This document shows, piece after piece, positions 1-10,200 of a stretch of 64,000 nucleotides of DNA; the first letter of the stretch is position 1; each line of letters starts with the position of its first letter. Location: assembly GCA_902805775.1 (NCBI GenBank), contig CADCUB010000120.1, positions 2,153 to 66,152 of the forward strand, written 5' to 3'. The DNA is from an uncultured Frankineae bacterium (lineage in GTDB: Bacteria > Actinomycetota > Actinomycetes > Mycobacteriales > SCTD01). Both the position numbers and the translations under genes were made by a program. The notes under the pieces were generated by a model, which did not search any database, was not told the DNA's origin, and was given only the letters and a program-made list of their open reading frames with translations.

Positions 1-639
1 CAGCTCGAGCTGGCGGGCGCCCCAGGACAGCCGCCGCCGGAGCTCGGCGTCGAGACCGGCCACCGTGACGTCGGACCAGTCGCGGGTGTGCTGCGCGACC
101 CACGACGAGCCGCCGCTGCTCTTGCCCGTCACCTCGACGTACCCGGTCGGCTGCACGTGGCGCAGCCGCAGCCCCGTCGACGAGCCGAGCCACACGGTCG
201 TCACGTCGTGCGAGGCGTAGCCGTAGAGCGACAGCCCCTCGCGGCGGGCGGCGCCGAACGCCTCGCCCAGGTCGCCGGCCAGTGCCGCGAAGACGTCGGG
301 CGGCGTGTCGACCGGACCGTCGGCGAAGTCGGCCGCAGCCGGCCCCTCGACAAGCGGGTTGGCGTCCTCGGCGGGCTCGGCCTCGGCGGCGGCGCGCTCC
401 GAGGCCCGCACCAGGTCCTCGAGCCGGTCGACCACCGTGGCGCTGCGGACCCCCACCGACGAGCCGAGCACGCTGATCACGACGACGGAGCGCCCGCGCA
501 CCGCACCGTTGGTGGTCAGGGAGTTGCCGGCCCACCGCAGGTTGGCGCTGCTGCTCTCCTCGACCAGCACGATGCAGCCGTCCGCCCGGGACAGCGACAG
601 CGCCTGCTCGACGACGTCACTGCCGCTGCGCGCGCTCAT
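1..639 (-). CDS. TldE/PmbA-type metallopeptidase partner (runs off window start)
   Basis: ATG at 639 overlaps the tldD stop (ATGA). Translation MSARSGSDVVEQALSLSRADGCIVLVEESSSANLRWAGNSLTTNG matches actinobacterial TldD partners. Confidence 0.85.
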   Translation of the reverse strand, partial: MSARSGSDVVEQALSLSRADGCIVLVEESSSANLRWAGNSLTTNGAVRGRSVVVISVLGSSVGVRSATVVDRLEDLVRASERAAAEAEPAEDANPLVEGPAAADFADGPVDTPPDVFAALAGDLGEAFGAARREGLSLYGYASHDVTTVWLGSSTGLRLRHVQPTGYVEVTGKSSGGSSWVAQHTRDWSDVTVAGLDAELRRRLSWGARQLEL

Positions 640-2156
640 CGGCCACCCTCCTGCGCGGTGTTGAGCACGGAGACGGAGCGGAACAGGGTGGTGGGGCAGC
701 CGTGAGACACCGCCGCGATCTGGCTGGGCTGCGCCTTGCCGCAGTTGAAGGCGCCGCCGAGCTGGTAGGTCTGCGGGCCGCCGACCGCCTCCAGCGATCC
801 CCAGAAGTCGGTGGTCGTGGCCTGGTAGGCGACGTCGCGCAGCTGCCCGACGAGCCGGCCGTCCCGGATCTCGTAGAAGCGCTGCCCGGTGAACTGGAAG
901 TTGTAGCGCTGCATGTCGATCGACCAGCTCTTGTCGCCGACGACGTAGATGCCGCGCTCGACGCGCCCGATCAGGTCGTCGGTCGACGGCCCGTCGGGTG
1001 CCGGCGTGAGCGAGACGTTGGCCATGCGCTGCACCGGCACGTGCGACGGCGCGTCGGCGAAGGCGCAGCCGTTGCTGCGCGCGGTGCCCAGGGCAGCGGC
1101 GTTCTGGCGCGCCATGCGGCGGTCGAGCTGGTAGCCGACCAGGACCCCGTCGCGGACGATGTCCCACTCCTGGGTCTGCACGCCCTCGTCGTCCCAGCCG
1201 ATCGTGGCCAGGCCGTGCGGCGTGGTGCGGTCACCGGTCACCTGCATGACCGGCGAGCCGTACTGCAGGGTGCCGAGCCGGTCGAGCGTGGCGAAGGAGG
1301 TCCCGGCGTACGCCGCCTCGTAGCCCAGCGCCCGGTCCAGCTCGGTGGCGTGCCCGATCGACTCGTGGATGGTGAGCCACAGGTTCGAGGGGTCGATGAC
1401 GAGGTCGTAGCGGCCCGGCTCGACCGAGGGCGCGTGCGCCTTCTCGGCGAGCAGCTCGGGCAGCTGCGCGAGCTCGCCGTCCCAGTCGTACAGGTCGCCG
1501 ACGAGGTACTCCCAGCCGCGCCCGGCCGGCAGCGCGAGGGTGCGCATGGTCTCGAAGCCGCCGCCGGGATCGACCCGGGTGGCGGTCACCCGCGGCTGCA
1601 CGCGCACACGCTGCTGCGTCGTCGTGGTGCCGGCCGAGTCGGCGTAGAACTTGCCCTCGAGCGCCTGCAGCAGGCTGACGTCGACGTGGTCGACGTCGTC
1701 GCTGGCCAGCAGCCGCTGCGACCAGTCCGCGAACAGCGCCACCTTCTCCGCCGGGTCGACCGCGAAGGGGTCGACGTCGTACGCCGACACCCACGAGACG
1801 TCGGCGTAGACCGGTTCGTCGGCCAGCTCGACCGGCTCGGCGTTCAACGGCCGAGAGGCGCGGGCCACCTCCACCGCCGAGCGCGCCAGGCGCGCGGCCT
1901 CGTCGACGGTCACGTCGGGCCCGCTGGTGAAGCCCCACGTGCCGTCGGCCACGACGCGCACCGCGATGCCCACGCTCACGTCGTCCCCGAGCCGCTCCAG
2001 GCGCCCGTTGCGCAGGGCCAGGTCCTGACCGCGCAGCCGCTCGATGCGCACGTCGGCGTGCGAGGCGCCGGCCTCGGCAGCGGCGGTCAGGGCCGCATCC
2101 GCGCACGCGCGCAGGGGCAGGGACAGCAGCTCGGGATCGATCGGGTGCACGGCCAC
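636..2156 (-). CDS. tldD: TldD family metalloprotease
   Basis: HESIGH zinc motif, WDDEG, RMAN and C-terminal CGK..Q..SHGCP motifs. Leaderless TAGGGT-N6-GTG. Confidence 0.93.
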   Translation of the reverse strand: MAVHPIDPELLSLPLRACADAALTAAAEAGASHADVRIERLRGQDLALRNGRLERLGDDVSVGIAVRVVADGTWGFTSGPDVTVDEAARLARSAVEVARASRPLNAEPVELADEPVYADVSWVSAYDVDPFAVDPAEKVALFADWSQRLLASDDVDHVDVSLLQALEGKFYADSAGTTTTQQRVRVQPRVTATRVDPGGGFETMRTLALPAGRGWEYLVGDLYDWDGELAQLPELLAEKAHAPSVEPGRYDLVIDPSNLWLTIHESIGHATELDRALGYEAAYAGTSFATLDRLGTLQYGSPVMQVTGDRTTPHGLATIGWDDEGVQTQEWDIVRDGVLVGYQLDRRMARQNAAALGTARSNGCAFADAPSHVPVQRMANVSLTPAPDGPSTDDLIGRVERGIYVVGDKSWSIDMQRYNFQFTGQRFYEIRDGRLVGQLRDVAYQATTTDFWGSLEAVGGPQTYQLGGAFNCGKAQPSQIAAVSHGCPTTLFRSVSVLNTAQEGGR

Positions 2157-2417
2157 CGCGTCACCCTAAGCACTCCTCGCGAGTGCTCCCGGCCGGACAG
2201 GCGGACAGCCCGGTCGCGGTGCGACCGGGCTGTCCTGGAGCAGGGTCGGCGCGCGTACGGCACCGCGGCCCTGCCTCGTGCCGGCGCGTCGGAGGTCAGG
2301 GGCGAGCGGCCCGCCGACGAGCGCCCCGACTGTCCTCCCCAGCAGGGACGGCTGTCAACGGGTCACCACTGGGGTTCCACGTGCCATGGTGAGCCTCCCT
2401 CGTCCCCGGGAGACCGC

Positions 2418-3899
2418 ATGGCCATCGCACCGCACCCGACCGACCACCCGCCCCGCGAGCTGACGCTGGTCGAGCCCGACGTCGTGGTGCTGGGAGCCGG
2501 CCCCACCGGCGAGAACGTCGCCGACTACGCCGTGCGCGGGGGGCTCACGGCGGTGGTCGTGGAACCCGAGCTCGTCGGCGGCGAGTGCTCCTACTGGGCG
2601 TGCATCCCGAGCAAGGCGATGCTCCGGCCGGTGCAGGCGCTGGCCGCCGCCCGCGCGGTCGCAGGAGCGAGCTCGGCCGTCACCGGCGAGCTCGACGCCG
2701 CAGCGGTCCTCGCCCGGCGCGACACCTTCACCGCGGGCTGGCAGGACACCGGGCAGGTCGGCTGGCTGGAGCGCACCGGCATCCCGCTCGTGCGCGGTGC
2801 CGGCCGGCTGACCGGGGTGCGGCAGGTCGAGGTCACCGGCATCGACGGCGACAGCGTCACGCTGACCGCCCGCCACGCGGTCGTCGTCTGCACCGGCACC
2901 GAGGCGGCGCTGCCACCGGTCGACGGGCTCGCCGAGGCCCGCCCCTGGACGAGTCGCGACGCGACCAGCGCCTCGACGGTCCCCGGCCGGCTGGCAGTGC
3001 TCGGCGGCGGCGTCGTCGGCGTCGAGATGGCGACCGCCTGGTCGGCCCTGGGCTCGCAGGTGGTCCTGCTGCAGCGAGGGCCGTCCCTGCTGCCGTCGTA
3101 CGAGCCGCAGGCCTCCGAGCTCGTCACCCGGTCGCTGCGCGAGCGCGGGATCGAGGTCCGCACCTCGGTGACGGCCTCCGCGGTCCGGCGGGAGCAGGGC
3201 GGCGTCGTGGTCACCGTCGACGGCGAGGAGCTGGTGGCCGACGAGCTGCTGGTCGCCGTCGGCCGCAGCCCGCGCACCGCCGACCTCGGCCTGGACAGCA
3301 TCGGGCTCGCCCCCGGCGAGCCGCTCGCCACCGACGACACGATGCTCGTGACCGGCATCGACGGCGGGTGGCTGTACGCCGCCGGTGACGTCACCGGCCG
3401 GGTCCTGCTCACCCACCAGGGCAAGTACCAGGGCCGGGCCTGCGGTCAGGTCATCGCGGCGCGGGCCCGCGGCGAGCAGGCCTCGCCTCCCGCCTGGAGC
3501 CGCTTCACGGCGAGCGCCGACGACGCCGCCGTGCCGCAGGTCGTGTTCACCGACCCCCAGATCGCGAGCGTCGGCTTGACCGAGGCCGCTGCGCGGGCGC
3601 GCGGGCTGGAGGTGTGGACGGCCGAGCACGACCTCGCCCAGATCGCCGGCGCGGCGCTGGCCTCCGACAGCGCCACCGGGTGGGCCAAGCTGGTCGTCGA
3701 CGCGCAGCGGCAGGTCGTCGTGGGCGCGACCTTCGTCGGTCCCGACGTCGCCGAGCTGCTCCACTCCGCGACGATCGCGGTCGTGGGCGAGGTGCCGCTG
3801 GACCGGCTCTGGCACGCGGTCCCGGCCTTCCCCACCCTGTCGGAGGTGTGGCTGCGGCTGCTGGAGCACCTGGTGGGCCGGCTGGGCTGGGACGTCTGA
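2418..3899 (+). CDS. Pyridine nucleotide-disulfide oxidoreductase (Lpd/MerA-like)
   Basis: GAGPTG FAD motif, [13 protein letters not shown] redox disulfide, [12 protein letters not shown]. Confidence 0.9.
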   Translation: MAIAPHPTDHPPRELTLVEPDVVVLGAGPTGENVADYAVRGGLTAVVVEPELVGGECSYWACIPSKAMLRPVQALAAARAVAGASSAVTGELDAAAVLARRDTFTAGWQDTGQVGWLERTGIPLVRGAGRLTGVRQVEVTGIDGDSVTLTARHAVVVCTGTEAALPPVDGLAEARPWTSRDATSASTVPGRLAVLGGGVVGVEMATAWSALGSQVVLLQRGPSLLPSYEPQASELVTRSLRERGIEVRTSVTASAVRREQGGVVVTVDGEELVADELLVAVGRSPRTADLGLDSIGLAPGEPLATDDTMLVTGIDGGWLYAAGDVTGRVLLTHQGKYQGRACGQVIAARARGEQASPPAWSRFTASADDAAVPQVVFTDPQIASVGLTEAAARARGLEVWTAEHDLAQIAGAALASDSATGWAKLVVDAQRQVVVGATFVGPDVAELLHSATIAVVGEVPLDRLWHAVPAFPTLSEVWLRLLEHLVGRLGWDV

Positions 3900-3948
3900 G
3901 ACCGGGGGCGCCGCCGCCGCTGCGCCGGCCTTCGGCAGACTCCTGGCC

Positions 3949-5871
3949 GTGATCTCCTCCGCCCTCCCCGCGCCGGTCGTCGAGGCCGCCACCCGCGCGC
4001 TCGCCGGCGAGCCCGAGCACGACCGGACCCTCGTGCTCGCGCGGCTGCGCCGCTGCTGGCCCGACCTGGTCGCCGGGCTCGACGAGGCGTACGGCGAGGC
4101 GGCCGCGGAGCTCGCCGCCCGCGTCGCCGAGGTCGCCGTGGCGGCCTTCCTCGCCCGTCCCCCGGCGCTGCGGCTGCTCGACCTGCGCCGGCTCGTCGAG
4201 CCCGACTGGTTCCAGTCCCCGCGGATGCTGGGCTACGCCTGCTACGCCGAGCGCTTCGGCGGCGACCTGCGCGGGGTCGCCGAGCGCGTCCCGTACCTCG
4301 CGGAGCTCGGGGTGACCTACCTGCACCTCATGCCCCTGCTGCAGCCAAGGCCGCGCCCGAACGACGGCGGCTACGCCGTCATGGACTACCGCGCCGTCCG
4401 CCCCGACCTCGGGACGATGGACGACCTGGCCGCGCTGGCGGCCGTGCTGCGGGACAACGGCATCTCCCTCACGCTCGACCTCGTCCTCAACCACGTCGCC
4501 GCAGAGCACGAGTGGGCCCGGCGGGCGCGCGCGGGAGAGGCGCGCTACCGGGCGTACTTCCACATCCACGCCGACCGCAGCGTCCCGGACGCGTACGAGC
4601 GGACCCTGCCCGAGGTGTTCCCCGACTTCGCCCCCGGCAGCTTCAGCTGGGACGACGCGCTGCAGGCCTGGGTGTGGACCACCTTCAACTCCTGGCAGTG
4701 GGACCTGGCGTGGGACAACCCCGACGTCTTCGCCGAGTTCGCGGAGATCATCTGCTTCCTGGCCAACCAGGGCGTCGAGTGCCTCCGCCTGGACGCCATC
4801 GCGTTCATCTGGAAGCGGATGGGCACCGACTGCCAGAACCAGCCGGAGGTGCACGCGGTGACGCGCGCGCTGAGGGCCGTCGCGCGCATCGCCGCGCCCG
4901 CGCTGGTCTTCAAGGCCGAGGCGATCGTCGGGCCGCCGCAGCTCGTCCCCTACCTCGGCGTCGGCCGGTACGTCGGCAAGGTCAGCGACCTCGCCTACCA
5001 CAACAGCCTCATGGTGCAGGTGTGGTCGTCGCTGGCCGCGCGCGACGCACGGCTCGCCACGGCGGCCCTGCGCCGTTTCCCGGAGAAGCCCGCCACGACC
5101 GCGTGGGCGACGTACGTGCGGGGCCACGACGACATCGGCTGGGCGATCGACGACGCGGACGCCGCCGCCGTCGGCTGGGACGGCTGGTCGCACCGGGCCT
5201 TCCTGTCGGACTTCTACAGCGGCCGGTTCGACGGCAGCTTCGCGCGCGGCCTGGTCTTCCAGGAGAACGAGGCCACCGGTGACCGGCGCATCAGCGGCAG
5301 CGCCGCGTCACTGGCCGGGCTCGAGGCGGCCCGTACGCCCGACGAGCGGGCGGTGGCGGTGCGGCGGGTGCTGCTCGCCCACACGGTCGTCCTGGGCTTC
5401 GGCGGCATCCCGGTGCTCTGGTCCGGCGACGAGCTGGCGGCGCTGAACGACCCGTCCTGGGACGACGACCCGGCGCACGCCGACGACAACCGCTGGGTGC
5501 ACCGACCGCGGATGGACTGGGCCGCCGCCGGGCGCCGGCACGTCGCCGGCACGGTCGAGCACGAGGTGTGGACCGGGCTGCAGGCGCGGGCGCGGGTGCG
5601 GGCGACGCTTCCGGCGCTGCACGCCGCCGTCGAGCCCGAGCTCCTGGACGCCCTCAACGGCGCCGTGCTGGCCTGGGTGCGGCGCGCGCCCGAGCAGACG
5701 CTGGTGGCCCTGCACAACATGAGCGACAGCTGGCAGATCTGGCCCCGCGCGGCTGTGCCGCTGCCCGACCCGCTGCGCGACGCCCTGTCGGGCGACGAGC
5801 TGGCGCCGGGCGACCTGGTGCTCGCGCCGTACGCGTGCCGGTGGCTGGTGCGGGACGCCCGGGAGGGCTGA
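3949..5871 (+). CDS. GH13 amylosucrase/sucrose hydrolase-like protein
   Basis: [44 protein letters not shown]. Confidence 0.88.
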   Translation: MISSALPAPVVEAATRALAGEPEHDRTLVLARLRRCWPDLVAGLDEAYGEAAAELAARVAEVAVAAFLARPPALRLLDLRRLVEPDWFQSPRMLGYACYAERFGGDLRGVAERVPYLAELGVTYLHLMPLLQPRPRPNDGGYAVMDYRAVRPDLGTMDDLAALAAVLRDNGISLTLDLVLNHVAAEHEWARRARAGEARYRAYFHIHADRSVPDAYERTLPEVFPDFAPGSFSWDDALQAWVWTTFNSWQWDLAWDNPDVFAEFAEIICFLANQGVECLRLDAIAFIWKRMGTDCQNQPEVHAVTRALRAVARIAAPALVFKAEAIVGPPQLVPYLGVGRYVGKVSDLAYHNSLMVQVWSSLAARDARLATAALRRFPEKPATTAWATYVRGHDDIGWAIDDADAAAVGWDGWSHRAFLSDFYSGRFDGSFARGLVFQENEATGDRRISGSAASLAGLEAARTPDERAVAVRRVLLAHTVVLGFGGIPVLWSGDELAALNDPSWDDDPAHADDNRWVHRPRMDWAAAGRRHVAGTVEHEVWTGLQARARVRATLPALHAAVEPELLDALNGAVLAWVRRAPEQTLVALHNMSDSWQIWPRAAVPLPDPLRDALSGDELAPGDLVLAPYACRWLVRDAREG

Positions 5872-5948
5872 GGTCCTGCGGGTGCGAACGCTCGAGCGCA
5901 TCGCGGGCTTCCCGGCGCCGGCCGTCTCCAGCGTCACAGCTCCCGACC

Positions 5949-5978
5949 GGAACGCCGTCCGGCGGCAGGCGTTGCACC
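5949..5978 (+). promoter_or_regulatory. SigH/SigR-type ECF promoter
   Basis: GGAAC-N16-CGTTG upstream of the small Zn-finger gene. Confidence 0.6.
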
Positions 5979-6026
5979 AGGAGCGGGCAGCTCGCCGGCC
6001 CGCGGACGACACGAGGAGTGCTTGCG

Positions 6027-6281
6027 ATGACGACCACGACCCAGCCCGCCACCGACTCCACCACGACGACCTCCACTGCCGCGCCGCTCACCGCGGCCGA
6101 CCGCTGTGACCGCTGCGGCGCACAGGCCTACGTCCGGGCGACCCTGCCCGGCGGCACCGACCTGCTGTTCTGCGGGCACCACGGCAACGCCCACCGCCCG
6201 TCGCTGCTCGTCGCCGGTGCCTCGATCTCCGACGAGACCGACAAGCTGCTCGTCGCCCGCGAGTCCGGCTTCGGCGGCTGA
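6027..6281 (+). CDS. Small actinobacterial Zn-binding protein (DUF7455-like)
   Basis: RBS GAGGAG; LTAADRCDRCGAQAYVR...LLFCGHH. Confidence 0.85.
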   Translation: MTTTTQPATDSTTTTSTAAPLTAADRCDRCGAQAYVRATLPGGTDLLFCGHHGNAHRPSLLVAGASISDETDKLLVARESGFGG

Positions 6282-6295
6282 CCGCCCCGCACGTC

Positions 6296-6331
6296 CGAGA
6301 GCCCGTCCTGCAGGTGCAGGGCGGGCTCTCG
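6296..6331. terminator. Hairpin between convergent genes
   Basis: CGAGAGCCCGTCCTGCA-GG-TGCAGGGCGGGCTCTCG, 17-bp stem with one G-U pair. Confidence 0.7.
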
Positions 6332-6354
6332 CCGTGTCTGCAGCCGTCCGCGGC

Positions 6355-6567
6355 TCAGCCGCAGCAGCCCCCTCCGCAGCAGCCGCCGCCGGCGGCGGCC
6401 GGAGCGGGCGCGGCAGCTCCGCCGCCCACGGCGACGGGCGTGAAGACCCGGGTCGTCTCGAGGTGCCCTGACGGGCAGGAGGTCGGCACGTCGGGGTACT
6501 CGTGCAGCCCCCGCCGTACCTCGAACAGGGCGTCGCAGGTGCGGCAGCGGTAGTCGTACGCAGGCAT
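6355..6567 (-). CDS. FmdB family zinc-ribbon protein
   Basis: MPAYDYRCRTC...CPSGH and C-terminal GGGCCGGGCCG. Alternative coupled GTG start at 6600. Confidence 0.88.
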   Translation of the reverse strand: MPAYDYRCRTCDALFEVRRGLHEYPDVPTSCPSGHLETTRVFTPVAVGGGAAAPAPAAAGGGCCGGGCCG

Positions 6568-6596
6568 GACGCCAGGGTAGGCGGGCGCCACCGCCG

Positions 6597-6872
6597 TCAC
6601 GGGCGGTGCGGCTCCGACATGACGCCCCGCGCGGTCAGCCGCGCCCGCACGCTCAGCGGACCGCCCGGCTCGGCGCCGGCGAGCGCCGCCACGGGGACGG
6701 CGACCTCCAGCGTCTCCCCGCGCCGGCGCGACAGCAGGTCGGCGCGCCCGTCGACCGGCTCGGTCTCCGCCACGTCGAGGACGACCAGCTCCCAGCCGGC
6801 CAGGCTCGGGTGGGGACGCCGCCCGACCAGGGTGCCGCTGAGCCGGGTCAGGTTGTCGACCGGCGCGACCAC
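6597..6872 (-). CDS. Hypothetical 91-aa beta-rich protein overlapping the M6 protease gene
   Basis: Protein-like composition; fills the gap between the protease and fmdB genes and overlaps the protease 3' end by 25 nt. Confidence 0.7.
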   Translation of the reverse strand: MVAPVDNLTRLSGTLVGRRPHPSLAGWELVVLDVAETEPVDGRADLLSRRRGETLEVAVPVAALAGAEPGGPLSVRARLTARGVMSEPHRP

Positions 6873-8380
6873 GTGCCCGCCTGCAGACCTGCGGCGCTGC
6901 TCAGGGTGCCGCCGGCGGACACGACCGCGCTGGACAGCGCGTCGACCCGGGCCTGCAGCTGCTCCACCGTGCGCCGCAGCTCGTCGAGCCCGCCGCCGTC
7001 ACCTCCGCCCCCGTCGGGGACCGTCCCGGTCACCGACACGACCGCCGACATCGTCTCGCCCGGGTCGGAGATGCGCGCGACGACGACGCCGGTGTCCTGG
7101 CCGGCGTAGGACAGCGACGACGGCGTGGTGGTCCCCGTCAGCAGCGTGTTGCCGTTCCACCCGGGGTAGCAGTCGCCGCCGTCGCCCGAGTTGAGGTCCT
7201 GCTCGAGCTCGCGCAGGCCGTCGGCCTGCACCAGGCCGACGAGGTGGTGGCTCTCGTCGGAGTTGTCGGGCCGCGCGTCGTCGACGTGCCAGACGAGCAG
7301 CCCCTCACCGGGCAGCTCGCTGTCGTAGCCGGCGCGTCCGCGGTTCTCGAGCAGGAAGTACTCCGTCCCCGACTGCCCGCCGGTCCACAGCCGGTGCACG
7401 GTGCGGCTGGTCTTGACGTCCGGCAGCGTGACCGGCCCGTCGGCGGTGACGTTCTCGACCGTGACCCAGCCCTGCTGGGCCTTGCACCACGCGGACGGGT
7501 GGGCGGGGGTGTCTCCGCCGGCGTTCCAGGAACCGCCGGCCATGAGGCACCAGTTGCCGATCCCCGCGCTGGTGTAGTCGGTGTCGTACAGGTCGGGGAA
7601 CCCGAACAGCAGGTGGCCCAGCTCGTGGGCGCTGACGCCGAGCTTGGCGTCCTCGGGGATCGTCAGGTAGGCGAAGACCTTCGTCCCGTCGGCGGCGTAC
7701 TCCGCCGGCAGCACCCACTTGTGCGACCAGATGTCGCCGGAGTTCCCGGTCTGCTCGCCGCCGCGGCCGGCGTGCACGACCACGAAGGCGTCGACGTAGC
7801 CGTCGCCGTCGTTGTCGTACGGCGTGAGGTCGGTGACGCCGTCGGCCTCGCGGGCGGCGTTCTCGGCCAGGAAGTGGGCGCGCGGGTCGCCGCTCGGGTT
7901 GCCGATGCCGAAGTTGCCGTTGGCGTACCAGGACAGGGGCTGCGACATCCGCAGCGGTCCGACGACCTCGCCGACGATCTCCACCAGCCCGCCGGTGACG
8001 TCGGCGAAGTACTCCTTCACGCTGCCGGTCGGGACGACGCCGGTGGAGAAGAACAGGTCGGCGAAGCGGGAGGTGTCGACCTCGAAGGACTTGTCCTCGA
8101 AGTCGACGAGCACCACGAGCACGCGCACCCGGCCGCGCAGCGGCGCGCGTTCGGCGGAGGCCCGGACCCGCAGCCGGTCGGTGCCGGGGGGGAAGGTCGA
8201 CGGTGGGCGCAGCAGGGCGTCGTTGAAGCCGATGCGGCGGGGCTCGCGCAGCAGCGACCCGGGCCCCTCCTCGGGCAGGCCGGTCGCTGCCCGGGCCTCC
8301 CGCACGGCCCTGCGCAGGCGCTCCCGGAGCTCCGGACTCGGTGCCACAGCGCACATCTGGTCGAAACGGGCATCACTCAT
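6848..8380 (-). CDS. M6 family (immune inhibitor A-like) metalloprotease
   Basis: LVVLVDF, YDNDGDGYVD, VVHAG, IWSH, HELGH...PDLYD, CLMAGGSW, EYFLLENR, GLLVWHVD. Confidence 0.92.
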   Translation of the reverse strand: MSDARFDQMCAVAPSPELRERLRRAVREARAATGLPEEGPGSLLREPRRIGFNDALLRPPSTFPPGTDRLRVRASAERAPLRGRVRVLVVLVDFEDKSFEVDTSRFADLFFSTGVVPTGSVKEYFADVTGGLVEIVGEVVGPLRMSQPLSWYANGNFGIGNPSGDPRAHFLAENAAREADGVTDLTPYDNDGDGYVDAFVVVHAGRGGEQTGNSGDIWSHKWVLPAEYAADGTKVFAYLTIPEDAKLGVSAHELGHLLFGFPDLYDTDYTSAGIGNWCLMAGGSWNAGGDTPAHPSAWCKAQQGWVTVENVTADGPVTLPDVKTSRTVHRLWTGGQSGTEYFLLENRGRAGYDSELPGEGLLVWHVDDARPDNSDESHHLVGLVQADGLRELEQDLNSGDGGDCYPGWNGNTLLTGTTTPSSLSYAGQDTGVVVARISDPGETMSAVVSVTGTVPDGGGGDGGGLDELRRTVEQLQARVDALSSAVVSAGGTLSSAAGLQAGTWSRRSTT

Positions 8381-8515
8381 GAGGGCCTCCCGCGGCGGTG
8401 ATCACGCGTTGCAGCCGGACACTCTCGCGCTGCACCGACGGGCGGGTCAAGGCCCTTTCGTCACCGTCCGGGCAGCGGGGGTCAGAGCCGGCTCACAGCC
8501 GTCCCCGGCCAGGGC

Positions 8516-9589
8516 TCACAGCTTCGGGAAGACCCGACCGCCCTGCTCGCCGTGCTCGAACAGCTCCACGCCGCGGCCGATGATGCGCCGGTCCGGGGTG
8601 CCCACCACCTCGACGTCCTTGCCGTCGTAGTCGAAGGCGTGCAGGACGTAGCGCATCGCCTCCAGGCGGGCCCGCTTCTTGTCGTTGCTCTTGACGACGG
8701 TCCACGGGGCGTCGGCGGTGTCGGTGTAGAAGAACATCGCCTCCTTGGCCTCGGTGTAGGCGTCCCACTTGTCCAGGGAGGCGAGGTCCATCGGGGACAG
8801 CTTCCACTGGCGGACCGGGTCGATCTGCCGGACGGCGAAGCGGGTGCGCTGCTCGGACCGCGACACCGAGAACCAGAACTTCACCAGCGAGATCTGAGAG
8901 CGCACCAGCATCCGCTCGAAGTCCGGCGCCTGGCGCATGAACTCCAGGTACTCCCGCGGGCTGCAGAACCCCATCACCCGCTCGACGCCGGCGCGGTTGT
9001 ACCAGGAGCGGTCGAACAGCACGATCTCCCCGGCCGCGGGCAGGTGCTCGATGTAGCGCTGGAAGTACCACTGCGTGCGCTCGCGCTCGCTGGGCTTCTC
9101 CAGCGCGACGACCTGCGCGCCACGCGGGTTGAGGTGCTCGGTGAAGCGCTTGATGGTGCCGCCCTTGCCCGCCGCGTCACGGCCCTCGAACAGCAGGACG
9201 ACCTTCTCGCCGCGTTCCTTGACCCAGTTCTGCAGCTTGATCAGCTCGATCTGCAGGAGCCGCTTGCTGCGGTCGTACTCCTCGCGCGACATCCGCTCGT
9301 CGTAGGGGTAGTCCTCGCGCCAGGTGTCGACGACCGTCCCGTCGGGCCGCAGCAGGACCGGGTCGTCCTCGTCGTCGGAGTCCACCCGCAGCCCGGCGAG
9401 GTCCTCGGCCAGCGGGCTGGCGCGGACGGCGTCCTGCATGCCCGGGGGGAGCACGTCGACGGCCCGGGGGAGCGCGTCGGCGCCGGACTGCTCGAGCGCG
9501 CTGACCTGCGCCGCGGCGGCCTGCGCCGCTGCCAGGTCCGCAGCGAGGTCAGCCGTGCTCAGCTCGGGCGCGGTGCCGGTGTCCTGCAT
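8516..9589 (-). CDS. ppk2: Polyphosphate kinase 2
   Basis: FEGRDAAGKGG, FDRSWYNRAGVERVMGF, WKLSPMD. Confidence 0.96.
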   Translation of the reverse strand: MQDTGTAPELSTADLAADLAAAQAAAAQVSALEQSGADALPRAVDVLPPGMQDAVRASPLAEDLAGLRVDSDDEDDPVLLRPDGTVVDTWREDYPYDERMSREEYDRSKRLLQIELIKLQNWVKERGEKVVLLFEGRDAAGKGGTIKRFTEHLNPRGAQVVALEKPSERERTQWYFQRYIEHLPAAGEIVLFDRSWYNRAGVERVMGFCSPREYLEFMRQAPDFERMLVRSQISLVKFWFSVSRSEQRTRFAVRQIDPVRQWKLSPMDLASLDKWDAYTEAKEAMFFYTDTADAPWTVVKSNDKKRARLEAMRYVLHAFDYDGKDVEVVGTPDRRIIGRGVELFEHGEQGGRVFPKL

Positions 9590-9632
9590 GGCAGAGCCTG
9601 TGCCCGCCGGCCCGGGGATGATGCCCCCCCGG

Positions 9633-10199
9633 TCAGATCTGCGCGGGCCGCCGGGCCACCAGCAGCAGCTCCACCACGGTCCCGCCCTCGTCGGGGCGCA
9701 GGACCTCCTCGAGCCGCTCGACGACCAGGCCCTGCGCCCCGGCCCGCAGCAGCTCCTCGGTCTGCAGGTGGGCCGGGTCGCGCGGGCCGTGCACGCCGTC
9801 GGTGAGGTTGCGCAGGGCGTGACCGACCACGACGAGCCGGCCCCCCTCCGTCAGCCACCCGGCCGCGCGCCGCAGGCCGTCGACCCCGAGCTGCACGTAC
9901 GCGGCCAGCACGAGGTCGACCGGCCCGGGCGGCGCCCACGCGGAGACGTCGCTGACCACCCACTCGACCTCTCCGGTGGCGTCGGCCGCCCGCCCCAGCC
10001 CGATGCCGACGGCGGAGAAGTCGACGGCGGTGACCTCCCAGCCGCGTGCGGCCAGCGCCCGCGCGTGCCGGCCGGTGCCCGCCGCCAGGTCGACCGCCCG
10101 ACCCGGCGGGAGGGCCTGCACCGCGCCGAGGACCGTCGAGCTCGGCTCGGTCAGCCAGCCGCGGGCGTACCGCTCGTCCCAGTGGGCGGCGTCGTGCAC
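9633..10199 (-). CDS. Class I SAM-dependent methyltransferase
   Basis: WDERY, AVDLAAGTGR, VTAVDFS. Confidence 0.88.
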   Translation of the reverse strand: MHDAAHWDERYARGWLTEPSSTVLGAVQALPPGRAVDLAAGTGRHARALAARGWEVTAVDFSAVGIGLGRAADATGEVEWVVSDVSAWAPPGPVDLVLAAYVQLGVDGLRRAAGWLTEGGRLVVVGHALRNLTDGVHGPRDPAHLQTEELLRAGAQGLVVERLEEVLRPDEGGTVVELLLVARRPAQI

Positions 10200-10200
10200 G

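Noticed and set aside
1-2156. tldD/tldE as part of a RiPP cluster
   Set aside because: No YcaO, precursor peptide or exporter is visible. The downstream side lies outside the window, so this cannot be fully excluded.
2355-2378. GGAAC...CGTTG on the minus strand toward tldD
   Set aside because: The spacer is only 13 nt, too short for a SigH/SigE promoter.
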